Source: Chthoniobacteraceae bacterium (lineage in GTDB: Bacteria > Verrucomicrobiota > Verrucomicrobiia > Chthoniobacterales > Chthoniobacteraceae). Taken from it: 64,000 bases of DNA. Under the pieces are notes generated by a model. The model worked only from the letters and a program-made list of their open reading frames with translations, ran no database searches and was not told the origin of the DNA. Location of the stretch: assembly GCA_031409335.1 (NCBI GenBank), contig JANNWY010000095.1, positions 26,994-90,993 of the forward strand. The letters are read 5' to 3'. Made by a program: the position numbers and the translations under genes. Below, piece by piece: positions 1 to 11,098 of the stretch; the stretch's first letter is position 1, and every line of letters begins with the position of its first letter.

Positions 1-379
1 CGTTGTCACTTTCCGGCCACGGCGCGCCCATCCGAACCCACTCGCTGAGCGCGGCAATCTGCGCGTCCGGCAGCTTGTCCTCCTTCTCCGGCATCTTCGA
101 GTCGCCTTGATGGCGGATGGATTGGATCAGCGAACTTTCATCCGGCTTGCCGACGACGACGACGGGACCGAGGTCCGTGCCCTTCAGCACCGCAGCGCGC
201 GAATCGAGCCGCAGTTCGGCCTTTTGTTTTTCCGGCCCGTGGCATTTGTAGCAATGCTCCGCCAAAACCGGGCGCACACTTTTCTCGAAGAATTCCGCCT
301 GCTCCGGCGGGAGAGCGCGCGCTTCTCCCAGCAGGAGCAGGAGGCAGCCTGTCGATAAAATCTGAAAGCGCTTTGGCAT
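1..379 (-). CDS. Planctomycete cytochrome c (PSCyt1-type) domain protein, N-terminal part; gene continues off the left edge
   Basis: Not in the ORF track. Manual translation from ATG 379 gives MPKRFQILSTGCLLLLLGEARALPPEQAEFFEKSVRPVLAEHCYKCHGPEKQKAELRLD...SKMPE...LSEWVRMGAPWP. It has a signal peptide, the FFEKxVRPVL lead-in, a CxxCH heme motif and the distal MP...W..GA.WP pattern. Confidence 0.88.
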   Translation of the reverse strand, partial: MPKRFQILSTGCLLLLLGEARALPPEQAEFFEKSVRPVLAEHCYKCHGPEKQKAELRLDSRAAVLKGTDLGPVVVVGKPDESSLIQSIRHQGDSKMPEKEDKLPDAQIAALSEWVRMGAPWPESDN

Positions 380-462
380 GTCGCCAACGTAACCGCTCCC
401 GCCTCGCTTTCATTAGCGGAAATGGGGCTGCCGCAGTGTCTGGCTGGGATTCCGCGCGTCGC

Positions 463-1086
463 CTAGCGCGGCTGCGGCTGCGACATTTCCGTGCGAAATT
501 TCGGCAACTTCGGACCGCCACCGCCACTGACGAGACTGAGCTTTTCCTTCGCGAGCGGAAGCGCCTTTTGCGCGAAAGTCTTGATGTCAGGATCCTCGAA
601 TTCCGCGGCATCGGCGAAGTTGGCGACCGCCTTTTCGTTGAGTGCCACGATCTCCCCGATCCAGGTGCTATCAAACTGATCCGGTGACACCTTCGAGAAT
701 TTTCGTACGAGCCCGTCCCGCGCGGCGGCGTCGCGGTCCGCGACGTTGATGCCCTTGAGCTGCGCGAGCCTGGAAATCTTGATGTTCTCCTCCTTCTGCG
801 TTTGTGAAAGGACGTTGGCGAGCGCCTTCACGCGATCGGACTGCGCGCCGCTCGTGGCGAGGCTGGCGAGGAAGACCTGGCTGAGTCCGAGTTCGACGGC
901 ATCCGCGAGAAAGCGGAGATCCTTCCCGCCGATTTCCGAGGAGAAGATCTTTCCGGGCGTGGCCGGTTCAGTCGGTTTTGTGATTGGCGGGAGCAGCGGA
1001 TGACGCTTGGGCGTCTTGCGGCCAGCGGCTGCGACCTGGCTGTTGAGAAGCGCGAACGGGATGACGAAGAAGAGGAGAGATTTCAT
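463..1086 (-). CDS. Secreted DUF4142 (ferritin-like) domain protein
   Basis: Signal peptide MKSLLFFVIPFALL. The pattern DLRFLADAVELGLSQVFLASLA...VKALA...FDSTWI...DPDIKTFAQKALP is typical of DUF4142. Confidence 0.7.
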   Translation of the reverse strand: MKSLLFFVIPFALLNSQVAAAGRKTPKRHPLLPPITKPTEPATPGKIFSSEIGGKDLRFLADAVELGLSQVFLASLATSGAQSDRVKALANVLSQTQKEENIKISRLAQLKGINVADRDAAARDGLVRKFSKVSPDQFDSTWIGEIVALNEKAVANFADAAEFEDPDIKTFAQKALPLAKEKLSLVSGGGGPKLPKFRTEMSQPQPR

Positions 1087-1176
1087 CGGTCTGAGAAAAT
1101 CATATCGCTGCGCCATGCGCGATTGCGAGGAATTCGGCAGCGGGAGGTTTGCGGGTTGGATCAGGCCGCAGCACAG

Positions 1177-1473
1177 CTAGCCGCCAGCCATCGCGCCCAC
1201 GATCAAGAATGGCTCTGCACCGCTGACCACTGGCTCCGGGAGCGGAGTGTCGGATGGTTCGTGCGACAGGTCTTCCTGGCAGGCGAAAAAGCGGACGAAT
1301 GCCCGGCGGCGGAGTGTGCCGTGATCGCGGATGGTCCCACGCAGCGCGGGATAGGTGGCTTCCAAGGTATCGAGCACGGCACCGATGGTTGCGGGGCTTG
1401 CAACATTCACCCGCACCTCGTCGCCGACGCGCGCGAGATTGCGCAGATGGTAGGGCAGCACCACCCGGATCAT
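1177..1473 (-). CDS. MoaD/ThiS-family ubiquitin-like (beta-grasp) protein
   Basis: 98 aa [14 protein letters not shown]...LIVGAMAGG with a C-terminal Gly-Gly. The ATG overlaps the stop of the upstream gene (ATGA, 1470-1473). Confidence 0.88.
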   Translation of the reverse strand: MIRVVLPYHLRNLARVGDEVRVNVASPATIGAVLDTLEATYPALRGTIRDHGTLRRRAFVRFFACQEDLSHEPSDTPLPEPVVSGAEPFLIVGAMAGG

Positions 1474-2630
1474 GCCAGCGTCTGGACTTCGACTGATAGC
1501 ACGGCTGGCAGATCGCGGACGATCGCCTTCCACGAATCGCCGGAATCAGCGGAGCAATAGACCTGCCCGCCGGTGGTGCCGAAGTAGATGCCGCACGAGT
1601 CGAGCGAATCCACGGCCATGGCATCGCGGAGCACGTTGACGAAGCAGTTCTCCTGCGGCAGGCCGTTCGTGAGCGCCTCCCACTCGTTGCCACCCGTCCG
1701 GCTGCGATAGACGCGGAGTTTTCCATCCGGCGGGAAGTGCTCGGAGTCACTCTTGATCGGCACGACATAGATCGTCTCGGGTTCGTGAGCGTGGACTTCG
1801 ATGGGAAAGCCGAAATCAGTCGGAAGATTGCCGCTCACTTCGTACCACATATCGCCCGCGTTATCGGAGCGCATTACGTCCCAGTGCTTTTGCATGAAGA
1901 GCACGTCGGGCCGCGATGGGTGCATGGCAATGCGGTGGACGCAGTGGCCGACATCGGCATTCGGGTCGGGAAGTTCGTAGGCGGATTTCAAGCCGCGGTT
2001 GATGGGCTTCCAAGTGGTGCCTCCGTCGTCCGTGCGAAAAGCACCCGCCGCCGAAATGGCAGCATAGATGCGCTGGGGATTGGTGGGATCGAGGATGATC
2101 GTGTGCAGGCACATGCCGCCCGCGCCGGGCTGCCAGAGCGTGCCTTTCGCGGCGCGAAGTCCGGGGAGTTCCTGCCATGTCGCGCCGCCGTCCGTGGACT
2201 TGAAAAGCGCCGCGTCTTCGACTCCGGCGAAAACGGTGTCCGGCTCGGTAAGCGATGGCTCCAGATGCCACACGCGCTTGAACTCCCACGGGTGCTGCGT
2301 GCCGTCATACCACTTATGGGTTCCGACCTCGCCGTCATACGCGAACTTGTTACTCTCGCCGCCGGGCGGAGCGTCGGGGGAAGGCGGTGGCACGCCGTCG
2401 GGCGTTGCCCATGTCTTTCCGCCATCGTCGGACCGCTGGATGACCTGGCCAAACCAACTGCTGGTTTGCGACGCATAAATGCGATCCGGGTTCAGCGGCG
2501 AGCCTTTGAGATGATACATCTCCCAGCCGGCGAAGTGCGGCCCACTTACTTCCCACTGCTCGCGCCTGGCATCGGCGGTGAGGATGAACGCACCCTTCCT
2601 GGTGCCGACGAGGACTCTTACTTTGCTCAT
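1470..2630 (-). CDS. BNR/Asp-box beta-propeller protein (sialidase-like fold), no signal peptide
   Basis: Repeated Asp-boxes: [55 protein letters not shown]-terminal [10 protein letters not shown]. Confidence 0.88.
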   Translation of the reverse strand: MSKVRVLVGTRKGAFILTADARREQWEVSGPHFAGWEMYHLKGSPLNPDRIYASQTSSWFGQVIQRSDDGGKTWATPDGVPPPSPDAPPGGESNKFAYDGEVGTHKWYDGTQHPWEFKRVWHLEPSLTEPDTVFAGVEDAALFKSTDGGATWQELPGLRAAKGTLWQPGAGGMCLHTIILDPTNPQRIYAAISAAGAFRTDDGGTTWKPINRGLKSAYELPDPNADVGHCVHRIAMHPSRPDVLFMQKHWDVMRSDNAGDMWYEVSGNLPTDFGFPIEVHAHEPETIYVVPIKSDSEHFPPDGKLRVYRSRTGGNEWEALTNGLPQENCFVNVLRDAMAVDSLDSCGIYFGTTGGQVYCSADSGDSWKAIVRDLPAVLSVEVQTLA

Positions 2631-2642
2631 GTAGGCAGGGAG

Positions 2643-3026
2643 TTAGTTGCTGAGACTCGCGAAGGCTTTGCGACCGACCCACAGGAGGTAAAGGGCGAGA
2701 AGCACGATCACGATTAACATCGGGTCAGCAAGGCTCTGGCCTTTCATGATGAAGACATGGAAGGCGAGGATGTTCACGACGATGGGTCCAAGGATGAGCA
2801 GGCCGAAATTCCGGGTGCGCGGGATGGCAACCAGGATGCCTCCCAGGAGTTCCAGCACTTTGACAAACGTCATGTAACCCGTCGGGCCAAACGCGCCGAA
2901 GAACATCGCGGCTGGCGTGTCCGCCTGAGGAGGCGGCATCTGGACGAGGTTGAAGAGAACCACGACGGAAGACATGACGAAGAGCAGGCCGAGCAAAATG
3001 CCGGCGATGGTGGGTGCGTATTTCAT
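2643..3026 (-). CDS. DoxX-like membrane protein
   Basis: 127 aa with about 4 hydrophobic segments and the motif VKVLELLGGILV...LGPIVVNILAFH. Confidence 0.75.
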   Translation of the reverse strand: MKYAPTIAGILLGLLFVMSSVVVLFNLVQMPPPQADTPAAMFFGAFGPTGYMTFVKVLELLGGILVAIPRTRNFGLLILGPIVVNILAFHVFIMKGQSLADPMLIVIVLLALYLLWVGRKAFASLSN

Positions 3027-3210
3027 GGGATTGTGGAGGCGGATGGTTGGTGGCGGCGCGGCTGGACACCAGCTTCGTATTGCTTAGTTGGTTGCTTTCA
3101 CATTTGCAAAACCCATCGTTCCACCGGCAAAGGTTGCGGCTTTGCGGTTGTTGGTAAAACGACGAACGTCCGACTGGATTTGGGACATCAAATCGCCCTT
3201 TCCACAGGGC

Positions 3211-3452
3211 TGTTTGCAAACTCCACCATCGGAAAGCCTGAAAGGATGAAAGGCTGAAACAACTCAGCCCAGGGCAACGCCCTTGGTCGTCGGTGGAAAG
3301 AAACCACAGCCCTGAAAGGGCGGAACAACAAGATGGCGGGGGATGTCCCGCCCATTCAGGGCTGACACCGTTGGGCGGGCGTTACCCAGGGCGTTGCCCT
3401 GGGCTTTGTTGTTTCAGCCTTTCAGGCTTTCTGAAGATGGAGTTCGCAAACA
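3211..3452. repeat. Long intergenic inverted repeat (REP/REPIN- or MITE-like), CCCAGGGCAACGCCCT family
   Basis: The left arm TGTTTGCAAACTCCA..GAAAGCCTGAAAGG..CTGAAACAAC..AGCCCAGGGCAACGCCCT pairs with the right arm CCCAGGGCGTTGCCCTGGGCT..GTTGTTTCAGCCTTTCAGGCTTTC..TGGAGTTCGCAAACA. There is an inner pair CAGCCCTGAAAGGGCGGAACA / TGTCCCGCCCATTCAGGGCTG. Confidence 0.85.
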
Positions 3453-3502
3453 CGCTCCAAGAGTCTTTCCCGATTCACTGCTGGCGAGGAGGAGTCTTTC
3501 GA

Positions 3503-4510
<1,008 letters not shown>

Positions 4511-4536
4511 CGCTTTCAGATCAGGCAAGCAATTTT

Positions 4537-6891
4537 TCAAGCGAGTCCTTTCTTCCTGCGAAGTCCCCATTCCACAACGAAACACGCGAGCGCGAACAGA
4601 AACATCGCGGGCGTGTGCCAGATCGGGCGCGTCCACGTTTCCGTCACCGGCGCGCGGCGCGACGGCAGGTCGCGCACGAATTCATCGAGCTTTTCCGGCG
4701 CGACCACCTGCCCGCCGGTCTGCGTCGCGAGCGATTCCATCAGCGCGCGATTCGGCGTGAGCGAGCGAAATTCCGCCGCCGCCAGATCCGTGGTCCAGCC
4801 TGCCTGCGCCTTGCCCGCGACCGCTCCGCCGGAGTCCGTCACGCTCGCCTCGACGCGATAGCCGCCGCTCTCGCGCGGCACATACGTCGCTTCATACAAA
4901 CCCGCTTCGCCCGCCGACGCCTCCGCCGGCAGCGTGATCGTCGCGCTTTCCCCCGCCCGCCCGACCGCCTGCACCTGAAGGCTCACCGTCGCATTGTCGA
5001 GCGCCTGAAATTTTGCATCGCGCGCGCGCACCTGAATCTGCATCGCCTGCGCATCCGGCTTTGGCTCGAGCCGCACTTCGACCGGCGCGGGGACATCCGC
5101 CACGAGCCAGCGCGACATCTGCCGCCACGCGCGTTCGAGATCCTTCATCCGCGCTTCATCGCCGAGCCCCGACTGCCAGAAATCGCCGATCAACATCGAC
5201 GCCGTGCGCCCGCGCCCAAATCGCTGCGTGAGCAGCGCGGGAAACGTATGCTCGCCATCCGTCACCGTCGCCACCACGGTCGCCGCCGGCTTCGCGTCAC
5301 CCGCCGGATTCAGCACATCGAAAGTCGGCAGCGCCGCGAGTCGCGCCTCCTCCTCCGACTCCTTCGCGCGCAGCCGCGCCCACGGTTGCAGCCAGCCGTC
5401 GCGATGCAGCGCCAGCCGCAATCCCGCGCCCGGTGCGTTCGCGCTCACGCGATCGAGATACACCGGCAGCATGTCGCCGATCGCGGTGCGCTGAAAAGCG
5501 CCGTCGTGAAACGATTCCGCGCCGCCAAGCATCAGCAAACTGCCACCGCGCTCGGACACGAAACGCTGCACGAGGCTCATCTGATCCGCCGTGAAAAACG
5601 CGGCCTCCAGATCGTCGATGATTACTGCCTCGTATTTGAAAAGCTCGTCCGCGGTCTTTGGAAAACCGCCCTTCAATTCAAACTCATCCTCCGTGTTCAG
5701 CCGCACGAGCACCGGTTTGTCGTATTGCTCGATCTCTTCCTTCGACTGATTTCCAAAGCCGCGAAACAGCGGATTGCTCGACTCGCCGGTGCGCCCGCGA
5801 AATTCAAATTTCGGCTCGCGTTTCGCCACGCGGATCAGCCCGACGAGCTGCGTCTGGTCATCACCCTCGACCGCGCGCGAGAGGAATTTGTATTCCCAAT
5901 TTGGCCGCCCGCTCACGTAGAGCATCCGATGCGGCCCGCGTCCGCGATCGACGGCGAGGATCGTCTCGTTGTTCGCCATCGTGGCCTCGATCGCGCTCTC
6001 GCCGGGCGTGACGCGGAGGCGGTAGAAAAGGACGCCGCTTTTCTCCGGGCGAAGCTGAAAACGAAACGCGATTTTGTCGGTGTCGTCAGGAATCCGGATC
6101 GTTTGTTCGCCGACAATTTTTTCCACCGCGCCCGGCGCGCCGGCTTCGATTGCGGTCAGTTTTCCGATGACTTCGCGCCCGCGAAATCCGGTCGCGTTCA
6201 CCTCGGCCTGCACGCTGACGGGTGCGTCTTCGAATGAAGTCTGCGTCGTTGCCGTGGTCGTGATCGCGATGTCATTGGCGGCGCGATCATTTCCAAAAAC
6301 GACGGGAAAGATCGGCGGCAAACCTTGCAGGCTGGCCGGGTCGGTGAGATCGCCCGCGACGCCATCGGTCATCAGCAGCACGCCGGCGAGCGGCTGGCCG
6401 TTGTGTCGTTCGGCGAGCAGGCGCAGCGCATTTCCGAGCGCGGAGGTGCGTCCGTCAAAGGTGATCTCCGCGAAGTTCTGGGTGCCTTGCAGATGAGAGT
6501 CGGCGAGGTAATTGCGGACCTCGAAATTCTCGGCGAGCACGGTGCGCCACTGGTTGCTTTTCTCGTCGGTCAGAACGCGCGCGAGCACCGCGGCGCGGCT
6601 CTCTGTTTCATCCGGCCCGTGCAACGTCATGCTCTGGCTGTTGTCGGCGATGATCGCGATGATGTTCGCGCCGGGCCGTGCGCGTTCGCCGGTCCACATC
6701 GGCTCGAGCAGGCACGCGGCGAGCGCGGCGAGGCCGAGGATTTTCAAAGCGGCGCACGTGAGCCGGGTGCCGCGCGGGGCATTGGCGGTCGTGTAAGACC
6801 ACGCGACGAAAACGAGCGCAAGGCCGAGCGTGATGGCAGATGGCCAGAGCCACTCCCGTCCTGCGAGAAAAAGTGCGCCGGTCACGATCAT
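4537..6891 (-). CDS. Membrane-anchored VWA-like plus class I glutamine-amidotransferase-like domain protein
   Basis: Two N-terminal TM segments, a MIDAS-like DNSQS motif, LMTDG, a GATase-like region (YEAVIIDD..FVSERGGSLLMLGG), and a C-terminal TM ending EWGLRRKKGLA. Confidence 0.8.
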   Translation of the reverse strand: MIVTGALFLAGREWLWPSAITLGLALVFVAWSYTTANAPRGTRLTCAALKILGLAALAACLLEPMWTGERARPGANIIAIIADNSQSMTLHGPDETESRAAVLARVLTDEKSNQWRTVLAENFEVRNYLADSHLQGTQNFAEITFDGRTSALGNALRLLAERHNGQPLAGVLLMTDGVAGDLTDPASLQGLPPIFPVVFGNDRAANDIAITTTATTQTSFEDAPVSVQAEVNATGFRGREVIGKLTAIEAGAPGAVEKIVGEQTIRIPDDTDKIAFRFQLRPEKSGVLFYRLRVTPGESAIEATMANNETILAVDRGRGPHRMLYVSGRPNWEYKFLSRAVEGDDQTQLVGLIRVAKREPKFEFRGRTGESSNPLFRGFGNQSKEEIEQYDKPVLVRLNTEDEFELKGGFPKTADELFKYEAVIIDDLEAAFFTADQMSLVQRFVSERGGSLLMLGGAESFHDGAFQRTAIGDMLPVYLDRVSANAPGAGLRLALHRDGWLQPWARLRAKESEEEARLAALPTFDVLNPAGDAKPAATVVATVTDGEHTFPALLTQRFGRGRTASMLIGDFWQSGLGDEARMKDLERAWRQMSRWLVADVPAPVEVRLEPKPDAQAMQIQVRARDAKFQALDNATVSLQVQAVGRAGESATITLPAEASAGEAGLYEATYVPRESGGYRVEASVTDSGGAVAGKAQAGWTTDLAAAEFRSLTPNRALMESLATQTGGQVVAPEKLDEFVRDLPSRRAPVTETWTRPIWHTPAMFLFALACFVVEWGLRRKKGLA

Positions 6892-6906
6892 CGTGCGCAA
6901 AGAGTT

Positions 6907-7073
6907 CCGGGGAGCGCGCTCGTCCCGAGTGCTGGCGAAGGCGTCCCGCCTTCGCGGACTTCAAAAACTGCCGATGGTCTGAGACTCCACGCACATTTCA
7001 GAAATCGCGCGCGAAACGAAGTTCGTTTCGGCGGGACGCCGAAACCGGCACTCGAGACGAGCGCGCTCCCCGG
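6907..7073. repeat. Intergenic inverted repeat (REP-like), GGAGCGCGCTCGTC family
   Basis: CCGGGGAGCGCGCTCGTCCCGAGTGCTGG pairs with CCGGCACTCGAGACGAGCGCGCTCCCCGG. Internal hairpins GCGAAGGCGTCCCGCCTTCGC and TTTCGGCGGGACGCCGAAA. Confidence 0.85.
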
Positions 7074-7105
7074 GATATGTCGCGAGCGCGCAAACGAAAA
7101 CTTCA

Positions 7106-10100
7106 TCACCGGCTGCGCCCGAGTTCCTCGTAGTAGCGGCGGACGTGCTCGCTGTACTTTGGCGGGACGGGATCGCGGTCGATCGGCACCAGCGCTTGCT
7201 TGGAATCGCGACGCGCGAGTTCTTCGGTGAGACGATTGCGCAACTCGGCGAGCGGGGCGCCGATTTTCGATTTCACGAGATCCCATTTGATGTCCGCGCC
7301 GTGCCGCTTGAATTCCGCGCGCATTGCCTGCGCCACTTCGCGGACCTGCGCCACTTCATTGCGCAGCTTGGGCTCATCGAGCATTTCCTCGACGCTCCGC
7401 AGCCGGTCCGACCACTCGACAAATCCATCGCCAGTCAAAGGCCCTTCGGCAGTATCGAGGCCGCCGCCGCGATCATCTCCGCCACCACCGGCCCCGGTGC
7501 GAATCCCGCCGCGCTGCATCTGGCTCTGCGCCAGCTCACGCAAACGCGAACCCTGACGCTCAGCCTGCGGGCTATTCGGATCGCCAGTCGGCGAACCATT
7601 CGCATCACTTCCACCGCCGCCATTGCCTGGCTGCCCGCCTTCTCCCGGTTGTGAACCTTCACCAGGCTGTTGCCCTTCGCCGGGTTGCTGCCCTTCGCCG
7701 GGTTGCTGCCCTTTGCCGGGCTGTTGCCCTTCACCGGGTTGTTGTCCTTCACCGGGTTGTTTGCCTTCGCCGGGCTGTTGACCTTCGCCGGGTTGCTTGC
7801 CTTCGCCGGGTTGCTTGCCTTCGCCGGGTTGCTTGCCTTCGCCGGGTTGCTTGCCTTCGCCGGGTTGCTTGCCTTCGCCGGGCTGCTTGCCTTCGCCGGG
7901 CTGTTTGCCTTCGCCGGGTTGTTGCCCTTCACCGGGCTGTTGGCTTTCGCCATTTTCCTGATCGGGATTCGGTGTTCCCGTTTCGCCACGCTGCTCGCCG
8001 GGTTGCTGCCCGTTTTGTTTTTCGCCCGTTTTGTTCGCGATTTCCCGATTGAGCTGCCGCGCCGCTTCGTCGATTTCCGCGCGCGCGGTCCGGAGCGCTT
8101 CAGCTTCGCTGCCGAGCACACTCTCGGCGGCGCGCTCCACGCCAGCCTTCAACTCATCAATCTCCATCCGCGCTTTCTCCTCAAATTTGCGCGCATCCTT
8201 CGACATGCCGCGTGTCGCGAGCTCGCCTGCCTTCTTGAGCGTTTCGTCCGTCCCGGCCTGCGTGTTTTTGCGGAGCGAATCGTAAAGCTCTTTGGAAAGC
8301 AGCGGCTCCGCGGTCTCGGCACGATCGGAAACATCCTTCATGTCCTCGCGCAGCCCGCCCAGCGCCTTCTGCTGCTGATCAAATTTTCGTTCGAGCATTT
8401 CCTTCGGACTCGACGCATCAAGCGTGCGGCGCGTCTCCGGTTCCGCCTCCGCGAGTTTTTGCCCGAGTTCTTCCTGCCGCTGCGCGAGTTCGCGCGCCTC
8501 GCTGCGCATCTGGCGAAGATCATCGTTGAACTGCCCCGCGCTCTTTTTCCGAAACTCATCGCTGAGTTCCTTTAGCTCCCGCTCCGCGCGAGTCCCGGAC
8601 GCCAGCGCCTGCGACGGATCATTTTTCTCCATCGCCTCCGCCGCTTTCTGCGTCTCGCTGCGCGTCTGCTCGAGCTGCTTGCGATTCTCCGCCATTTCCG
8701 ACGCGGACGCCGACTGCTCCATCTTCTGTTTCGTCTCATCCATGTCGGCGAGAAGCTGCTGCTCTTCCTCGCGGAGCCGTTTGAGCTGCCGCTTCAGCTC
8801 CTCTTTTTCCTTCTCGGTCTTCGCCGCCTGGAGCGCCGTCTGCAATTCTTTCAGCCGCTCATTGATGTCGTTCTGCCGTTGCGCGAGCTCCTTCAGCCGG
8901 TTGAAAATCGCGAGCTGTTCGCGCTGCTCCTCTTTCTCCTGCGGCTGCGCGTCGCGTTTGTTTTCGTAGCGATCCTTCTCCTCCTTCAATTCGAGTTCCG
9001 CCAGTTCCTCCTGGCGCTGCTGGCCCTGCGCACTCTGTTCGCCACTGCTGCTCTGCTGACGCGAAACTTGAAACTCATCCGCCGCGAGTTTGAGCAGCGC
9101 ATTGTAGGCGGCCTGCTCGGCAGTCAATGCATCGGGCAAAGGCACGGGCGTCTCGGCGGCGGCGGTGAGATGAGTCACCGCTGTCTTCATCGCGTTGATC
9201 GCGTCCTGCATGAGAGCCTTCGACTTTGCGCTTTCGATCTTTTCCAAATACTCGTTCGCCTTTTCCAGAGCAGCCTCCTGCGCCTCCCGCACGACCGGGA
9301 TGTCCTTCAAATATTTTTCGGAAGCCGGCGGAAAACTGTGTGCATCCGCGCTGCGCTTGATGTTCCAGGTCGCGACGATGATCTGCTTCTGCGCATTCGC
9401 CTGCTCCTGCGCTTCACCGCCCCCGGCTGGCTGTCCGCCTTCGCCGCCCTCGGGTCCCTCGCGCATGATCTCTTCAAACGAGCGGACCTCCGCGAAATAC
9501 ATGTCGCCCGCCGTGCGGCGCACTTTTCCATCCGGCCCGACATCGTCCGCCCACAGATACCAGGTCACGAGCTGTTTCGTCGTCACGCTCAGCTCCTCGA
9601 ATTTCAGCATGTGCTCCATCACGAGCTTCTCGTCCGGCTTGGAATCGTGCCCGAGCACGACATCCTTTTCCGGCTGCCCGGCGACCGTGTAGCTGAGCCC
9701 GTAGGCCGGCATTCCGAAATCATCGAACGCCGTCGCCTTGAAGGAAACTTCCTGCAACGCCGTGACCGTCTGGTCGCCTTTCGGCGCGTCGAATTTCAAC
9801 TCGGGCCGCTTGTTCGGGCGCACATCGACGACGAGTTGCGCGGGCATTTTGTTCGCGCGGCCATCGGTGTCTTCGAGCTTCAGTTCGTAAGTTTCGCCTG
9901 CCTTGAGTTCGAAGTCTTTCAACGTCGCCACCACCTTCTGCGGATCGACCGTGAGCGGGATTTCCGACTTATCCTTGCCAACGAGCTTCGCGGATTTCAC
10001 CGGCTTGTTGAGCTGGAAATCGACGCCGAGTTTGCTGCCCTCGACCGCACTCACGCGGCGCGTGTCGGGAATCTGCTTTTCGGAAAGATGCGTGTATTCG

Positions 10101-10921
10101 GGATACTTGATCGTGGCGTCGGCGCGTTCGAGGCGCGGATGCTCGAAGACGGTGACTTGGAAATCCGGCGTGGATTTTCCCGCATACTCGATGCGGTAGC
10201 TCATGTCGGTATCGACCTCGGGCAGCCCGCCGCCAAACACGGGATCGTCGAGGTTCTTCACGAGCGGCATCCGCTGCGCCGGCGCGTTCTTCGGCTGAAA
10301 CACGAGCGTCGCCTCGCTCGGCAAATCGCTTCCAAATTTCGCGAGCACCACGATGCTCGATCCGCGCTCGAGCGAGACATTTCCCGGCGTGACTTCCACG
10401 CCTTCTTTCAAGACAGGACCGACCGTCGCGGCGATTTGCTCCGCGCGTTCCAGCCGCATCAGCGAAAAGCCGAGCAGGAAGAGGAGCGCAAACTGCACCG
10501 CCAGCGCGCCCGCCATCCGGCGTGCGGGAACGGCGTCGATCCACGAATGTTTGCGGCTCGCCGCCAGCGCATCCTGGACGACGCGCTTTTGGAGGAAATG
10601 CAGTTCGCCGGTCCGCGCATCGGGGCGCTGCTCGACGGCCGTGACGAGCAGCGCGTGCAGCTCCGGGTGCTTCACTTCCACGAGATTCGCGATGTCGCGG
10701 TAATCTGGCTCCCAGCGCGCGTTCCTTTTCCAAACAAACCACGCCGCGAGTCCCGCGATCAGCGCGAGCAGCGGCGCGGGAAAGTGAACTCCCGCATTGG
10801 CGAGACCGAGCGCGACCAGCGCCATGAATCCCCAGCAAATCGCGAGTCGCCACATCAGACGCGCGCGGCGGCGGCGTTCGACGATCGGGGCGAGGGCGAG
10901 TTTGAGCATCGGTGTGATCAT
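7106..10921 (-). CDS. Large membrane-anchored coiled-coil protein (DUF4175-like) with a Gln/Pro/Gly low-complexity repeat
   Basis: N-terminal TMs, a beta-rich middle (DDFG motif), a long Glu/Gln/Lys coiled coil, (xQPGEG)n, and a C-terminal VPPKYSEHVRRYYEEL. Likely start ATG 10921; the ORF-track extension runs into a repeat element. Confidence 0.8.
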   Translation of the reverse strand: MITPMLKLALAPIVERRRRARLMWRLAICWGFMALVALGLANAGVHFPAPLLALIAGLAAWFVWKRNARWEPDYRDIANLVEVKHPELHALLVTAVEQRPDARTGELHFLQKRVVQDALAASRKHSWIDAVPARRMAGALAVQFALLFLLGFSLMRLERAEQIAATVGPVLKEGVEVTPGNVSLERGSSIVVLAKFGSDLPSEATLVFQPKNAPAQRMPLVKNLDDPVFGGGLPEVDTDMSYRIEYAGKSTPDFQVTVFEHPRLERADATIKYPEYTHLSEKQIPDTRRVSAVEGSKLGVDFQLNKPVKSAKLVGKDKSEIPLTVDPQKVVATLKDFELKAGETYELKLEDTDGRANKMPAQLVVDVRPNKRPELKFDAPKGDQTVTALQEVSFKATAFDDFGMPAYGLSYTVAGQPEKDVVLGHDSKPDEKLVMEHMLKFEELSVTTKQLVTWYLWADDVGPDGKVRRTAGDMYFAEVRSFEEIMREGPEGGEGGQPAGGGEAQEQANAQKQIIVATWNIKRSADAHSFPPASEKYLKDIPVVREAQEAALEKANEYLEKIESAKSKALMQDAINAMKTAVTHLTAAAETPVPLPDALTAEQAAYNALLKLAADEFQVSRQQSSSGEQSAQGQQRQEELAELELKEEKDRYENKRDAQPQEKEEQREQLAIFNRLKELAQRQNDINERLKELQTALQAAKTEKEKEELKRQLKRLREEEQQLLADMDETKQKMEQSASASEMAENRKQLEQTRSETQKAAEAMEKNDPSQALASGTRAERELKELSDEFRKKSAGQFNDDLRQMRSEARELAQRQEELGQKLAEAEPETRRTLDASSPKEMLERKFDQQQKALGGLREDMKDVSDRAETAEPLLSKELYDSLRKNTQAGTDETLKKAGELATRGMSKDARKFEEKARMEIDELKAGVERAAESVLGSEAEALRTARAEIDEAARQLNREIANKTGEKQNGQQPGEQRGETGTPNPDQENGESQQPGEGQQPGEGKQPGEGKQPGEGKQPGEGKQPGEGKQPGEGKQPGEGKQPGEGQQPGEGKQPGEGQQPGEGQQPGKGQQPGEGQQPGEGQQPGEGSQPGEGGQPGNGGGGSDANGSPTGDPNSPQAERQGSRLRELAQSQMQRGGIRTGAGGGGDDRGGGLDTAEGPLTGDGFVEWSDRLRSVEEMLDEPKLRNEVAQVREVAQAMRAEFKRHGADIKWDLVKSKIGAPLAELRNRLTEELARRDSKQALVPIDRDPVPPKYSEHVRRYYEELGRSR
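7619..7942 (-). repeat. Coding tandem repeat, 18 units of 18 bp encoding [QKSG]QPG[EKN]G
   Basis: 324 nt of near-identical GCCTTCGCCGGGTTGCTT-like units, in frame within the DUF4175-like gene. Confidence 0.92.
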
Positions 10922-10928
10922 GGCAGGA

Positions 10929-11071
10929 AAGTAGGGCAGGCACCCCGCCTGCCAAAAGTCCCGCGGGCGCCCCGCCCGCAGCAGGCAAGTCCGCCGGCCG
11001 GTGCGGCTTCGGGACACATAGCAGGCGGGGCGCCTGCGGAACGCATGGCAGGCGGGGCACCTGCCCTACTT
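10929..11071. repeat. GTAG-type REP doublet (REPIN-like)
   Basis: AAGTAGGGCAGGCACCCCGCCTGCC pairs with GGCAGGCGGGGCACCTGCCCTACTT. There is an additional internal GCAGGCGGGGCGCCTGC hairpin, and the ends are GTAG/CTAC. Confidence 0.82.
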
Positions 11072-11098
11072 GCCCGCTTGGTGTGCGTGGACGTTAAG

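Noticed and set aside
7619..7942. Possible CRISPR array
   Set aside because: The units are contiguous 18-mers with no unique spacers and are in frame in a protein.
10922..11017. N-terminal extension of the 1303-aa ORF, and ORFs 6888-7286 and 3293-3520
   Set aside because: They are translations of palindromic repeat elements.
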